A DNA stretch of 63,815 bases, filler included, from Kipferlia bialata (taxonomy: Eukaryota), in the NCBI GenBank assembly GCA_003568945.1. It is 4 parts of 4 records of this genome, joined end to end, with 100 filler letters (N's around TTAATTAATTAA, not from the genome) between each part and the next. Parts side by side here need not be neighbours in the genome. Positions count along the whole stretch, not along the records: positions 33,525 to 50,173 come from BDIP01000587.1; 3 more parts are not named here. The stretch is one strand, 5' to 3'. Below are positions 37,255-49,481 of the stretch, in pieces. The notes under the pieces were generated by a model. That model ran no database searches, was not told the origin of the DNA, and was given only the letters and a program-made list of their open reading frames with translations. Positions within the stretch are counted from its first letter, which is position 1. Each line of letters opens with the position of its first letter. A program made the translations under genes and the position numbers.

Positions 37255-40200
37255 ATGCCGGTAGGTGACCCAGTGGTAAGACCACTGGTTGTTCCTTCCC
37301 AGCCGCTGCTGTTGCCCAGAGATGAGACAGGACAACGTCTCTTAGGGACTGTGTATGACACCGTACCCTGTATTGTTCAACTTGATACAGGAGAGGTTCT
37401 CATGTCTGGTGGGTCTAGCAGTGATACCGTCTCGGATATTGCAGTATCAAGATCGGTGGGAGGCCTTGTAAGGTGCCAATTGGTTGATGCGGCGTCCACT
37501 AGTTCCACTATTGGGTATGTACGAGTACAGTGTGACTTACAGGACAGCGTGTATCGGGTGGATGTCTTAGAAGATGATGCAGAAGGATTAGCTGTCTACA
37601 GCTTAGCCAGACCCAGGAGAGGTCTTGAGTACCAATGGGTGTTGCACAAGACATCTATTACCTCTGCTTCTCTGCCTCTCGTGACGCATGCATGCTCCCT
37701 CTTCTCTCTTGGATCCAGTCTGGTGCTGGTAGGGGGAGGGCCAAACACTGATGGTGCGACATCTGATGCGTTCTGTTATGCTGTAGACACATCACTGTTC
37801 CATGACACATCCGATCAGCCACCCCAGTGGAGACAACGGGTCCCACCCCCTGTACGGGTAGAGTATGCGGGCTGTGTCGTAGTTGGATCCACCGCCCATC
37901 TACTAGGCGGGGTCACCAACAGGATGCACCTGACCTTCAGTCTAGACGGAGGGTGGGAGAGACTACCAGATATGCCACTCTCAGCAGTGTCTCCAGGTGT
38001 GTTGTCAGTTGGGGGGTACCTAGTGGTGATAGGGGGTCAGGGGCATGAAGGGCAGATACACGTGTATGAGAGAGAGACCTGTCTGTGGACCAAGGTGAAT
38101 GACGCAGGGTCCCGGGTCAGCCTGGTGAAGGCCTGTATGCTAGACGATACAACAGGTATATGACTCTGCATTTACCAACCAGTGGATACAGTTGTTAGAT
38201 ACATGAGAGGTATTGAATATCCAACTCAATTGAATCCTGACTACTTTGAGAACATTTGTTTGTTTCTCACAGCAGCTGTTGTGCACGGCACAGGGGGAAC
38301 AGTGACTCTCGATACCACATGGAAGTGTAGGATGGGACAAGCCATAGCTAGAGAGAGAGCAAGGAGGGTCCTGTCACTTCGTGTACCACTCTCTCCCCAA
38401 CATCCTGTCAGAGCTGCGCTACCCGTGCCAGTTACACACGTTGGTTGCATATTTCTGAACAGGGACAGAACTGGAGTATCTCTTCTGCTCAATTGTCAGA
38501 GAAGGCGTGAAGATGATACTGTGGTCCTCTCCCTAATGCAGGAGCAACTTCCACCTCATAGTCAACCACCATACACACAACTGATGACCATACTCCTGAG
38601 GAGTGGCTTTGGGGCCACACCACCACCTTCCGTCACACGATCCCTGCAGGCCACACAGCCTGTCACATCAGGACATCGCGTCATCTACAGTAGTCAGGCG
38701 ACAGCTTGGGTGGTTACTAGACTGACATCTATTCCCTCAGTGCCACATAAGACACATACCAACACCAGCCTGCAGTGGGTGTCGTTGGAGTCCCTTAGGG
38801 AGGTGGTATTGGGAAGCAGGGCGTCAACCACCAGCAGCATAGAGACATGGTCTGTGTATGGGACAAGCACTGCTAGAGTGAGCCAGTCTCTCTCCACCTG
38901 TATCCGTGACCCAACGGTCAGAGAGTGTCTCTCCAGAATCGGTCAGATATGTCCTATTACGTCACTGATTGATAAGGCAGCAGATCACATGTCTCATGTG
39001 ATTGGGACTGCTATGTCGGAAGCTAGAGAGATAGTATCCCTATCTCGTGACGAACTAGTTGTGCGGCTGTATGGTCCCAAGTGGACCCTTTCCCTGGCAG
39101 TGCCCGTCGTACCCCCACGTCCTCTGCTGCAGACAGTCACACCAGGTAGTATCCGGTACAGAGACATTGTAGCTTGCCTGCCAGAATGGCATCAGCAGAT
39201 ATATGGTGTCAGGGCTGTCATTGTTCCAGCTAGACAGGCAGTCTTTGAGCAGCAAAAACGACAGCTTACTGCTAACGGTGAGCTTCTTGGTGTGTATGAC
39301 CCCCTCTACCATGGTACTCCTGACGTGTGGAGGGCGACACAGATAGCACTGCATGGGTTTGATCGGTCTAAGGTTGTGCGTGGTAGTGGTATGTACACAA
39401 CAACTGATGTGAACACTGCACTAAGTTACACCCAGGGGTCCATACGTCCTAATACGTACGGATCTCTCACTATCCTCAAGGGACTACAGACAAATGATGT
39501 GGAACATGATAGTGCCACTATTCACATATTCCAAGACCCCGCAAACCTCCTATGTGTAGCCACCATCGACTTTGGAGAGGACACCTCCAACACAGACGCA
39601 GAGGAAGAGGCTGCGAGGGAGAGACTGATGCAGCACCAAAGGGAAATTGAGAGGGTAAACGAAGCAATAATGGCAGCTGAGAGACAGTTCAGAGTCAAGA
39701 CTATGCATCGTATGCGTGTTGCAACTGCGGGATACCTGTCAGTACTGGGCTCTCTACAAGACAGGCTCTCTTCAAACACTGTCCCACTCTCAGCAAGTGA
39801 GTTTGCTTCTATTAAGACGGCATTCATTAATGAGAAGAGTCAGTATGGGGGACACTTACCAATCTTCAACGACAAGACTGAAATCGTGAACAGGCTACGT
39901 ACTCACGACGTACTGCTTCTACACGCTCCCACTGGGACAGGCAAGAGCACACACCTACCCCAGTACATAGTAGATGAGGTGCTACCAGATGAGACTAGAC
40001 CAGTGGCCGTTCTCCAGCCAAAGCGTGTCAACTGTACCTCACTTGCATCCTATATAGCCACACAGAGAGGCACCCGGGTAGGTGGAGGGGTAGGATACAG
40101 ACTGGGAGGGGGTGTGCACAGAGTGAGTGAGCATACTCGCATTGAGTTTGTCACACATGGACTGTTTGCAAGACTGGCTCTGCATGGAGATATAGTGTCT

Positions 40201-43200
40201 CGTTACTGTGCTGTAATCGTAGATGAGGCACATGTAGAGGGGAGTGACGTGAATGAGTGCCTTGCTGCTCTAAGGAATGCTATGCGTGTCAATCACACAT
40301 CGCATTCCACTAGCACCTTCAAGGTGGTGGTTTGCAGTGCAACTCTCCTTCCTCAGAAACAAGAGACACTAGCCCATTATCTCTGTGGGGACGCTGTCAC
40401 TTACTCCTCTCTTTCCGTTACTGCAGCGGCATTTCCAGTTCACACAATATACCGGGATATACCGGATGTTCCAAGTGATGACACAGAGAGGGGTGGTATG
40501 ATGAATGACTCTCTTATGACTGCCACTGTAGAGTCGGCCCTTCAGTTTCTGTCAATTTCCGACACGGGAAGTGTCTTGGTATTCTTGCCAGGTGCCAAAG
40601 CACTCACAGATGCCATGCACTGTATAGTGGGCTTCATGGACAGTGACCCAGAGACCGAGGTAGGAGCATCTGGACTACGGTTTCAGATTGGAGATACTCG
40701 CATTGGTGTGCTGCCATTCCATGGAACACAGAGCAGGGAGGAGCGAGACATTGTCCTTCGCTACACATCCCACGGTTTGGACAGGGTAGTAGTCCTTGCC
40801 ACCAACCTTGCTGAGACGGGACTGACCATACCTGACATCCGGTGTGTCGTTGACACAGGACTGGAGAGAGTGGTGTCATGGGATACAGAGAGAAGGTGCG
40901 AGGTAATGACACTACAGTATGCCTCTGCGTCCAGTCTCGACCAGCGTAGGGGGAGGGCCGGTCGGACTGGCTCCGGTGTTTGTATACGTCTGTACTCGGA
41001 AGACACATACCACTCCACCACAAAGAGTATGGCCATGCAATGCAACCCAGAGGGTACTTGTCTTAGACAGCTAGCCATGCTGGATAACAGTAAGAGGTGG
41101 GAATTTCTCCATCCGATACCTGATAGGGACAGAGGCTATGCCTTAGATGTCCTAAAGAGAGTAGGAGCAGTCTCGCTTGATGGGCACATCACTCCCGCTG
41201 GTTCCCTGTTTGTGGCACTGGGTGTGTCTGCTAGAGTGGGTGCATTCCTATTAGAGTGTGACAACAGTGGGTGTCTGTGTAGTGGGTGTGTCATTGCTGC
41301 AGTCCTGACTGCTGGATCTCTGACTTTGCCACTCACTGTCCACAACCAGGAGTCCCCCCTGAACATGTACGTTCACCCAACTGGAGATCATCTCACCCTG
41401 CTGCAGCTGTATAATGCATACACAGGGGAGGTCAACAAACACCAGTGGTGCATTGATATTGGAATTGACATTGCACACTTTGCTTCGACACAGAGGGTGT
41501 TTGATGGGATGGTCAACACTCTGACCCACCATGGATACTCTGTTGCAGACAGCGATACCCTGTTAGAAGACACTGAGGAGTGTCACTGCCTTCTGCTCAA
41601 AGCACTCCGTGCAGCGTTTGCAGACCAACTGGCAACAGTAGGACCCACGCAATACTCCTTGCACCAGCTGACTCTCACGAGTCTGGGGGTCACCCTGTCC
41701 AGAGCTACGGTGTCCCTCACCAATACGTCAGTCCTATATGATTCAGTCTTCATCCATACTCAGTGCATCATGGTGTATCACTCCCGTCAACACCTAGACA
41801 CGATGGATGGACCTAGGGTGAGCATTGTGTCATACGTTCCAGACACCAGAGTCGCTGATGGACACACTACTGACTGGACACTTCCAACTCAACATGAGGA
41901 CGTAGAGTCCACTGAGTTGCTTGTAGAGAAGATACTTCTTCCAAAGAACCTAACGCAAATGTCAAGAAGACTGAGACGTATGGACCAGCAGATAACCATC
42001 ACTCAGCCGTCTGTTGCAAGTCGGTCCCACGCTGCACCTGAAGCAGAGGTAAAGGTGAGACTAACGGCACCAACTCACGCCTTTGTTGCAGCACATGACA
42101 GATTCTGGGACATAGTGTCAGAGAGTGTTACAGAGCATGTCAGCATTGCCGTTCCTAGGGGTCAGAACATGCAGAGGCTGGACACAGGACTGCAAGGCTT
42201 GGCCCGTCAAGTACAGGAGGAGTTACAGACCCTTAGGCAGGAGACTCACGGTTGGATCCTTAGACTGGACAGAGCACATTACAGAGTGGTGATGTCTTTA
42301 GGAGGTCCCGGCAAGTGTCACCTTCCATCGTACATAGCAAGGGTCAAGGAGTTAGTCAGAAGCAATGGAGGTATGTAGTATGACTCTATACAAAGCATAT
42401 GTCAGCCACCAACTATTTCCCAATTCTTCCACACTATTTCTTGTATCATTATACAATGACTCTGTCAAAGGTACTCGCGTCCACTCACTATAGGACTCAG
42501 GCAGGTGGTGTTGAATGTGCCAGGCTTCTCCGTCTCGACCCCTCTCGAGGCCGCTAACCCTCGACTACTGCAGCTGCTGAGACCTACACCACCTTCTACA
42601 CGGCACATGGATAGAGACCGTGCCATGTTGTGTCTAGCTCACCATCTAATCTGGCACTGTGACTGCAAGCTGTACGGAGGGTTTGTGAGAGACTATGTGG
42701 TAAGAGGGGAGCGAGCCCATGACCTGGATGCCCTGCTTCCTAGAGGGCAGGGTAGTTTAGAGGAGACTGGAGAGAGTGTCTCAAGCTCCCTAAGACAGTA
42801 CGCAGAAAGTATCAGCCTTGGTAGCTGCGATGTCCATACACAACGACACATCTACCGCCTGACCTTCCATTTCGCAGCAGGTGATATCACTGTAGAATTA
42901 GTCGACCCCTCTCTTCCAACACCCTCCCCTCATGCTGACTCGTCTCCTGGAAACATTGCCATATGTAGAGCAGGATTACAAAAGAAGAGCAACGCTGGAG
43001 GTGCCATCGTTCCTCTGTCGGCCTGTTTGGCCCACACACACGCCAAGCAGTTTGTGTGCTTTCTGGATTTTGACAACAGAGACAACAGACACAACTTGCA
43101 ACAGAGAGTGGTTAACAAGTATCTCAGTAGAGGGTGGGCCTTACTCAACAAGCTACCCCAACGCCAGATGCAAGAGCTTAGACAGAATCAGCATTATGAG

Positions 43201-43266
43201 GAATGGTCACAGCGCGGCCAGTTTGCCTTTGTATCTAGGTTCAACAAAGACTGGAAGAATGTTTAG
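37255..43266 (+). CDS. ~1923-aa multidomain protein: kelch-like propeller + degenerate NUDIX-like + PARP-type ADP-ribosyltransferase + DEAH-box RNA helicase + class II (CCA/polyA-pol-like) nucleotidyltransferase
   Basis: Exons 37255-38155, 38273-42370 and 42494-43266 join in frame via two phase-1 GT-AG introns (5772 nt). Motifs: LVLVGG/LLGG/VVIGG (kelch); LYHGT..GSGMYTT..ALSY (ART); APTGTGKST, QPKRV, DEAH, SAT, FLPG, ATNLAETGLT, QRRGRAGR (helicase); LYGGFVRDY..HDLD..VELVD (NTase). Confidence 0.88.
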
Positions 43267-43653
43267 TTCTGTGGACATTGCTAGTAGTGGTTTGGATAAA
43301 AGGCATATCCACTTACAGGTGGTAACCAATTGTGGCTGCCAGACAGCAAGTATTGTCTACGTTACAGTTAGATAGATGTGTCATGCCAATTGCTTTGGTA
43401 CTTGTTTCGTAAATAGTGATGGTTGTACCATTCAACCAACTGCATCTTAACACTTCTCATGCGCTGGCATAGCCAGCCTGGCTAGATCGTTGCATATATG
43501 CCACTTGCTCGTGTATTCTGCTATCTCAAGATGAACCCGTATTTGAACCACTGTAGTGCCACTCAAGTTGCCGAATGAAATGCGGGTTTCTTCCGACACT
43601 ATTTCCAAACTTGCCATACACGACTGCTCAATCACGCCCAGGTACATAGGTAC

Positions 43654-45200
43654 ATGTCCATGGACACGAGAGTAGCTGCCTACTGCCGCTCTCCGACTAG
43701 GGCTGTTGTATCCCAGTCTTCCATTGCCAATCAGCATGTCATGACACTTGTCAACAGTGACCATGTCGGCCTCTCAGTCAGCATCCCATGCCATGGGCTA
43801 CGGACTGTGGCTGACATCACTAGGAGACTGGAGCTCTCCGATCCCAAGCACCTCTACACTGTGCTTCTGGACGGTGTTGTCCAGAAGGCCAGTACTCCTA
43901 TCACACAGCTACTGATGTGCTGCGGGGTCTGGGGCTTCAGACGCAGACTCAAGGTGGACCCATCCACCCACTCTGGTCAGGTCCATGTACGTCTCCCATC
44001 TGGTGAGGTTGCTACCCTCGGTGTCTCCCCCAACACAACTGTCGACAGTATCTACAGGCAGCTAGCCCGTACACACGGACACATGTACAAGACCATGCGG
44101 CTGGTACACAATGGGCGCACACTTCGTCCTCACCACTCAGTCTACTACTACACCCAGGGTAGGCGCTGTGTGTTCTCTCTCTCTGCCCCGCTTCGGGGAG
44201 GCAACCCCCTGTCAGTGAGGTTTGTGGATGTGGAGAGGACCGATGACATCCTACCAGGCAGGTTCATTGACGACGCTCCACCTTGGCGTCAGTACTGCAA
44301 CGGGAGTAACCTTGAGGTGTGGGATATCATTTCATTAACACTATGTTTACGTATATACGTTGAGGTTTGATACGTCTTGTCAGAAGCTCTATTTCATTTT
44401 CATTATTCATGGCTAACTGGCAGGGAAAGTGTTCCAACCGCCATTGCGTTGCCTTCCACAAGTGGATTGTCTACAACATTGGGTTTGGCACCTTTGACCT
44501 TGTCCTTGACAATGCCTCCTGCGTGTGTCCCATGTGCCACGAGTATGTGAGACCTCGCACAATCGGGTTCACCAACTGCATCCTCAACATCACAGGTGGG
44601 TTACTGTAAACTACAGCCTGTATCAAAGTACATTACTTGTATCGAGGTGTAGGTGCGTGCTCTCATTACTGAGACATATGCAGGGTCTTACCCCAGGAGT
44701 CAAGACCGCTGCTGGCAACCGTGTACCCACAGCCTTTATTCTTCCCGCCCTATCCGCCAACAGTGACGGATACAAGTACTACGACCCCAAGAAGTCTGGC
44801 ACCTGTCAGTACGACTCACTCATGCTCCGAGCCACTAGACACCAGCCCCTCCCCCTCTGTCTGCTGTGTGGAGAGGCTGTTGAGCAGAGGGAGAGTGCTC
44901 TGTACATGGAGACAGTCGAGTGTAGACAGCACGGACACAAGGTGAGTACATAGGATAATATAGACTGACACTATTCTACACAGAGTGTACTCCTTACCAT
45001 ACCAGATCCATGACAGGTGCCAGGCAGCCTTCCACTCAGCCAACCCTACCCCACACGCAGTACAGGTGCGGGGTCGCTTCTCCGGCCCCAAGGCCTGCGC
45101 TGCCTGTGCCAGGGTGACCTGTGTGAGGAGAGGCAGGAACATAGCTGTGAGGAGGATTGTGGGTGGACTGGAGAGACTGGGACGGTATCTCTTCCACTAG
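43654..45200 (+). CDS. Tandem ubiquitin-like domain protein with internal LRGG, Cys-rich domain and RING-H2-like C-terminus
   Basis: Exons 43654-44316, 44424-44595, 44697-44941 and 45006-45200 splice in frame. Ubl GQVHVRLPSGEVATLGVSPNTTVDSI...MRLVHNGRTL...LRGG (44191-44202); APPWR..GSNLE|GKCSNRHC...CPMC...FTNC; CLLC...CRQHGHK|IHDRC...CAAC. Confidence 0.8.
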
Positions 45201-45399
45201 ACTCTAGTCGGACTTGAGATTACTCTTGTACGTATGGTGGCATATAGGTTCAGTGCATACGAAAACTGTTCTGATACTGGGGGATCGATATTGTTGATGC
45301 AAACACCCACTATAGACCCTTGGAGACTCAAGACTTGAAACACATTGCACATTCCTTTCTATTTGTCATTTCTGGAATTCAAGGAGAATATGATCAGCG

Positions 45400-47220
45400 G
45401 GAGTACTGATAATAGTGGCCGGGTGAGACCCTCATACAGTTAGTGATGGTGTCCCCAACTGTTGAACAGATATTGTTCAATATCGGAATTGAACGGATAT
45501 TGTTCAACACAGAGACCTTCCAAATTTTGAAGCCTTGGCAAGGAAGAGATCGTAAAGCACACAGACCTGAGGCTATTAGAAACAGTGATTCCCACCCTCT
45601 GTCCGACTTGACTACTGTACCGCTAGTCCTTGGGACCCTTGGAATGGCACCAATGAGGTGGTTCCTCAGCTGTAGAGAGATCAAAATAGGCTCCGGAGCA
45701 GACATGATACACGAAGTAGCCACCCTCTCTCACAACACTCTTCTGGCTGCTCGGGCAAGTGGGCGTGTAGACAGGTATGGAAGCCCCATCATCACTGATG
45801 TCTTTTCTGACCCTTCGCTATACAAAGAGTGTATTGTGGTAAGTCAAGTAGCATTTAGGAGGAGGAGTTTGTCTAAACACGCTGATCGTGTCTATCCAGT
45901 GCGTAGTCCTCCCACCTTCGGATGGCCACTCCCTCCATAACATCCAGGCTCACTGTAGACCCCACCACTGCGGAAGTCACTGAAGCAACAATGGTGGTTG
46001 GCCCACATCCCGACGAGAGGGACATTGTTCTGTCGACTCTGGTTAGTACCTACACCCAGACAGTTCAAGTAAGTACCACACTGGATATAGATGTACTTCC
46101 AAATGGGGACGAGAACTATTCTCCAACATCACTGCAAGTGCGTGTACTCTACGCTGATACTGGAGAAGTCGTAGAGATTGAGAACACAGGCGAGGGTAAG
46201 AGGCCATCCCCGAGGTTTGGCTGCAGTGTTGGGGTGGTCGATGGGACACTGCTTCTGGTGTCAGGATTCGGGGACACCAGCATAGAGAATTTCCTACCAC
46301 ACCATGATATGTGGTGTCTAGATCTCAGCAGAAATGACCCATCCCTAACATGGTCCCGTCACGTCATACCTCCCAAGGCAGCACGGCTCTTTTGTGTTCC
46401 GAGCCTTCAGCCGCTTAGAACATGCAACACAGGAGATAATCTCCTAGCGTTCAGTGCTTCACGTGTATACTGTCTGTCCAGAAGTGGTCAGGTACGGAGA
46501 GAGAAGGTCACATACGTAGGGACAACCCCTTCAGCTAGATCTATGAGACGTGAATTCATTCCTGTGGATGTGGGCCCGTTTGTGTGCCTCTTTAGACTGG
46601 AGGGTACAGAGGACGAGTAGAATGAAGGTGTATGCCGTATATACATGCATGACAGAGTGTCCGGTGACACCATTCTGGCTGAGCCTCTACCAATCTCCGA
46701 CGGCGTTTGCTCTGCTTGCATGCTCAACCCCACCACCATTGTAGTGGTACAACGTGACAGATATCTGCTGGTAGAGCTAGACCCAGAGCTCTTCAACATA
46801 TACAATGATGTAGACTGAAAGAGGGCAGTAGAGGGAGTTTTCTAGAGTAAGATACAGCTCAAAGATAGTTTTATGTCCATAATTCATTAGAGAACATCGT
46901 GTTTCTTTACAGTTGGAGTTAAGAGAGAAGTGAGCTGTTCTGTTCATTGTACACTCATTTCTATTTGACATTTATGGAATCAGGGGGAATACAACTAGCC
47001 AGATCCTCTACCCAAGCATCTGTTCAACATCCTCATCTGAAAAGAGATCCTCATCCTCCGCGGCCTCTCTGTTCCGCTTCTGTCTCTCTCTCTCCTTTTC
47101 TCTCTCTTGCCTCTCCCTCTCGCGGGTCTGCTTCGTCTGCCTCTCCTTCTCGATCTCCTTCTCTCTCTCCCTCTCTCCCTTTGTGCCCCTCTCCTTTCTC
47201 TCTTTCGCTGCAGCTGCCTT
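45400..47220 (+). repeat. Segmental duplication unit B (kelch-like gene plus last exon of a convergent gene); second copy ~47882-49695
   Basis: Collinear high similarity from gagtactg...gtgagaccctca..agttagtgatgg through the kelch CDS, its 3' region and the antisense ...EDEDLFSDEDVEQMLG exon. Confidence 0.92.
45644..46818 (+). pseudogene. Kelch-like beta-propeller gene, copy 1, probably pseudogenised
   Basis: MAPMRWFLSCREIKIG..., PSPRFGCSVGVVDGTLLLVSG, SACMLNPTT..LLVELDP. In-frame TAG at 46618-46620 where the paralogue has GAG, and TAG at 45904-45906 where the paralogue has TTG. Confidence 0.75.
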
Positions 47221-47287
47221 GAGGTAAGGGTATAGAGAGAGAGTAGACAGAACATAGAGAGTATCTACACTTAGTACTATCCATTCA

Positions 47288-47412
47288 GTCTCTATTGTCC
47301 CGCTCTAACCACAGGCAATCACACAACGACAGGGAGAGAGATCCCATATACTCCAGTGATGTGTACACCGACCCTATCTTTGCCAGGCAGTTCTTTGACT
47401 AGGCACTCTCTT
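47288..47412 (+). repeat. Direct repeat A' (orphan copy of the last exon from 36758-36878)
   Basis: Same sequence with substitutions and a 6-bp GA insertion; no upstream exons. Confidence 0.9.
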
Positions 47413-48131
47413 TAGGAGATCGAGGTATAGTCAGTCATTTGACTAGAGGTAGAGGGTTGGTGATATGAGAATCGGGCTTCCATCCGTAAGTAAGAGCGTA
47501 GTGTTTGTGTGTTAGTATTGTGGGGGACTGGAATAGATTGTGAGTGATTTGTTACAGTATATCTAAGAGCTGCTGCAGTATACGTATTCAGCATCAGAAG
47601 GTCGCTTCGTCCATCTCCTAGGCGGACAAAGCTCCTCTCTGCGTAGAATCGGGTTTGAAGAGCGAACGAATATGCACTATCCCATCCAGGAGAGCTCCAT
47701 TGTCGAAACTTGCCTGTCATCAGATCTACTCATTGACCAGTGGTCAACGACCACCCTCTGGCATAATAATGGCCAGTTTTGGAGTACCAGTGACCTGCAG
47801 CAAGAAACAAACCGACTGTAGATACTCGAATTCTATATACAATGTATATAATACACTGTGAAATGCTCAACGACAATCTTTGAGTACTGTATACAGTGGT
47901 CAGGTGAGACCCTCAATCAAGTTAGTGATGGTATCACCAACTGTAGAACAGGTTCTGTCTCGAAGAGACAAGCCACACAGTCTCTCTACCCTATCAACAC
48001 AGAGACCTTCGAGACTTAGAAGCCTTGGCAAGTAAGAGATCGTAGAGCACACAGACTTAAAGCTGTTTCCCCCCTTCTGTCCAAGTAGACTAGACTAGAC
48101 TACTGGAACTCTTGTCCTAGGGACACTTGAA

Positions 48132-49287
48132 ATGGCACCGATGAGGTGGTTCCTTAACTGTAGAGAGATCAGAATCGGAACCGAAGAAGACCCGATAATC
48201 GAAGTAGCTACACTCTCCCACAACACTATTCTGGCTGCAAGGGCAAGTGGGCGGGTTGACAGGTATTTAGAGGCTTTTTCGACCATTTGTTGAACAAAGA
48301 ATGTATTAGTGGTGATTTCTGTAACATTGCAGAGGTTATGTTTGTCTAAACACGCTGACCACGTCTGTACAGTGCCTTGTCCTCACTCTTTCGGATGGCC
48401 ACTCCATAACATCCAGGCTCACTGTAGACCCAACAACTGCAGAGGTCACTGAGGCTACAATAGTGGTTGGCCCACAAGTCGACGAGAGGTGTATTGTTCT
48501 GTCGTGTCTGGTTAGTACCTACACCCAGATAGTACAAGTAAGTACCACTCTGAATCTAGAGGCACCAAATGAGAACGAGAGATATACTCCAACACCGCTG
48601 GAAGTGCGTGTATTCTACGCTGACACTGGAGACATCGTAGAGATTGAGAACACTGGGGACGGTCGGTGGCCATCGCCAAGGCTTGGTAGCAGTATTGGGG
48701 TTATAAATGGGACCCTGCTTCTGGTGTCAGGATTCACTCCCACCAACATGAGAGAGAATATTCAACCACACCGTGACATTTGGTCTCTACATATCAACAG
48801 AGATGACCCACACGTAACATGGCACCCTCGTGTCATACCTCCCAAGGCAGTTCGGGGTTTTTGTACTAGGAGGTTTCAGCCACTTAGAACATGTAACACA
48901 GGACATAATCTCCTAGTGTTTAGGGCTTCACGAGCATACTGCCTGTCCAGAAGTGGCCAGTTACGAAGAGAAAAGGTCACATATGTTGGGACAGCCCCTG
49001 CAGCTAGATCTCAGAGACGTGAATTCATTCCGGTGGATGTGGGCCCATACATCTGCCTCTTTAGACTGGAGGAACTACTTGACGAAGAGATACAAGGTGT
49101 TTTACGTGTATACATGTATGACAAAGTGTCCGGTGACACCATTCTGGCTGATCCTCTACCAATCTCCGGTAGCGTATACTCTGCCTGCATGCTCAACCCC
49201 ACCACCATGGTAGTGGTACAACGTGACAGATATCTGCTGGTAGAGCTAGACCCAGAGCTATTCAACTTATACACCGATGCAGACTGA
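48132..49287 (+). CDS. Kelch-like beta-propeller gene, copy 2 (exons ~48132-48262, ~48373-49287; possible 4-bp deletion near 48404)
   Basis: WPSPRLGSSIGVINGTLLLVSG, YMYDKVSGD and SACMLNPTT motifs. The obvious splice is out of frame unless the 4 bp (ctcc) present in copy 1 are restored or another donor is used. Confidence 0.7.
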
Positions 49288-49481
49288 AGGATAGGAAGCC
49301 AAGAGGGAGTTTTCTAGAGCAAGATGCAGCGTAAAGACAGACATATGTCCATAATTCAATTAGACAACATCGGTTATCTTTAGTTGGAGTTGGGAAATAT
49401 ATGTAACCTGTTCTGTTCATTGTACAGTCATTTCTATTTGACATTAATGGAATCAGGGGGGAATACAACTAGCCAGCGCCT

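Noticed and set aside
46618..46620. TAG/TAA reassigned to Gln as in hexamitid diplomonads
   Set aside because: ORFs of 1400-1500 codons have no in-frame TAR, and TAG terminates conserved proteins such as the FKBP. This TAG aligns with GAG in the paralogue.
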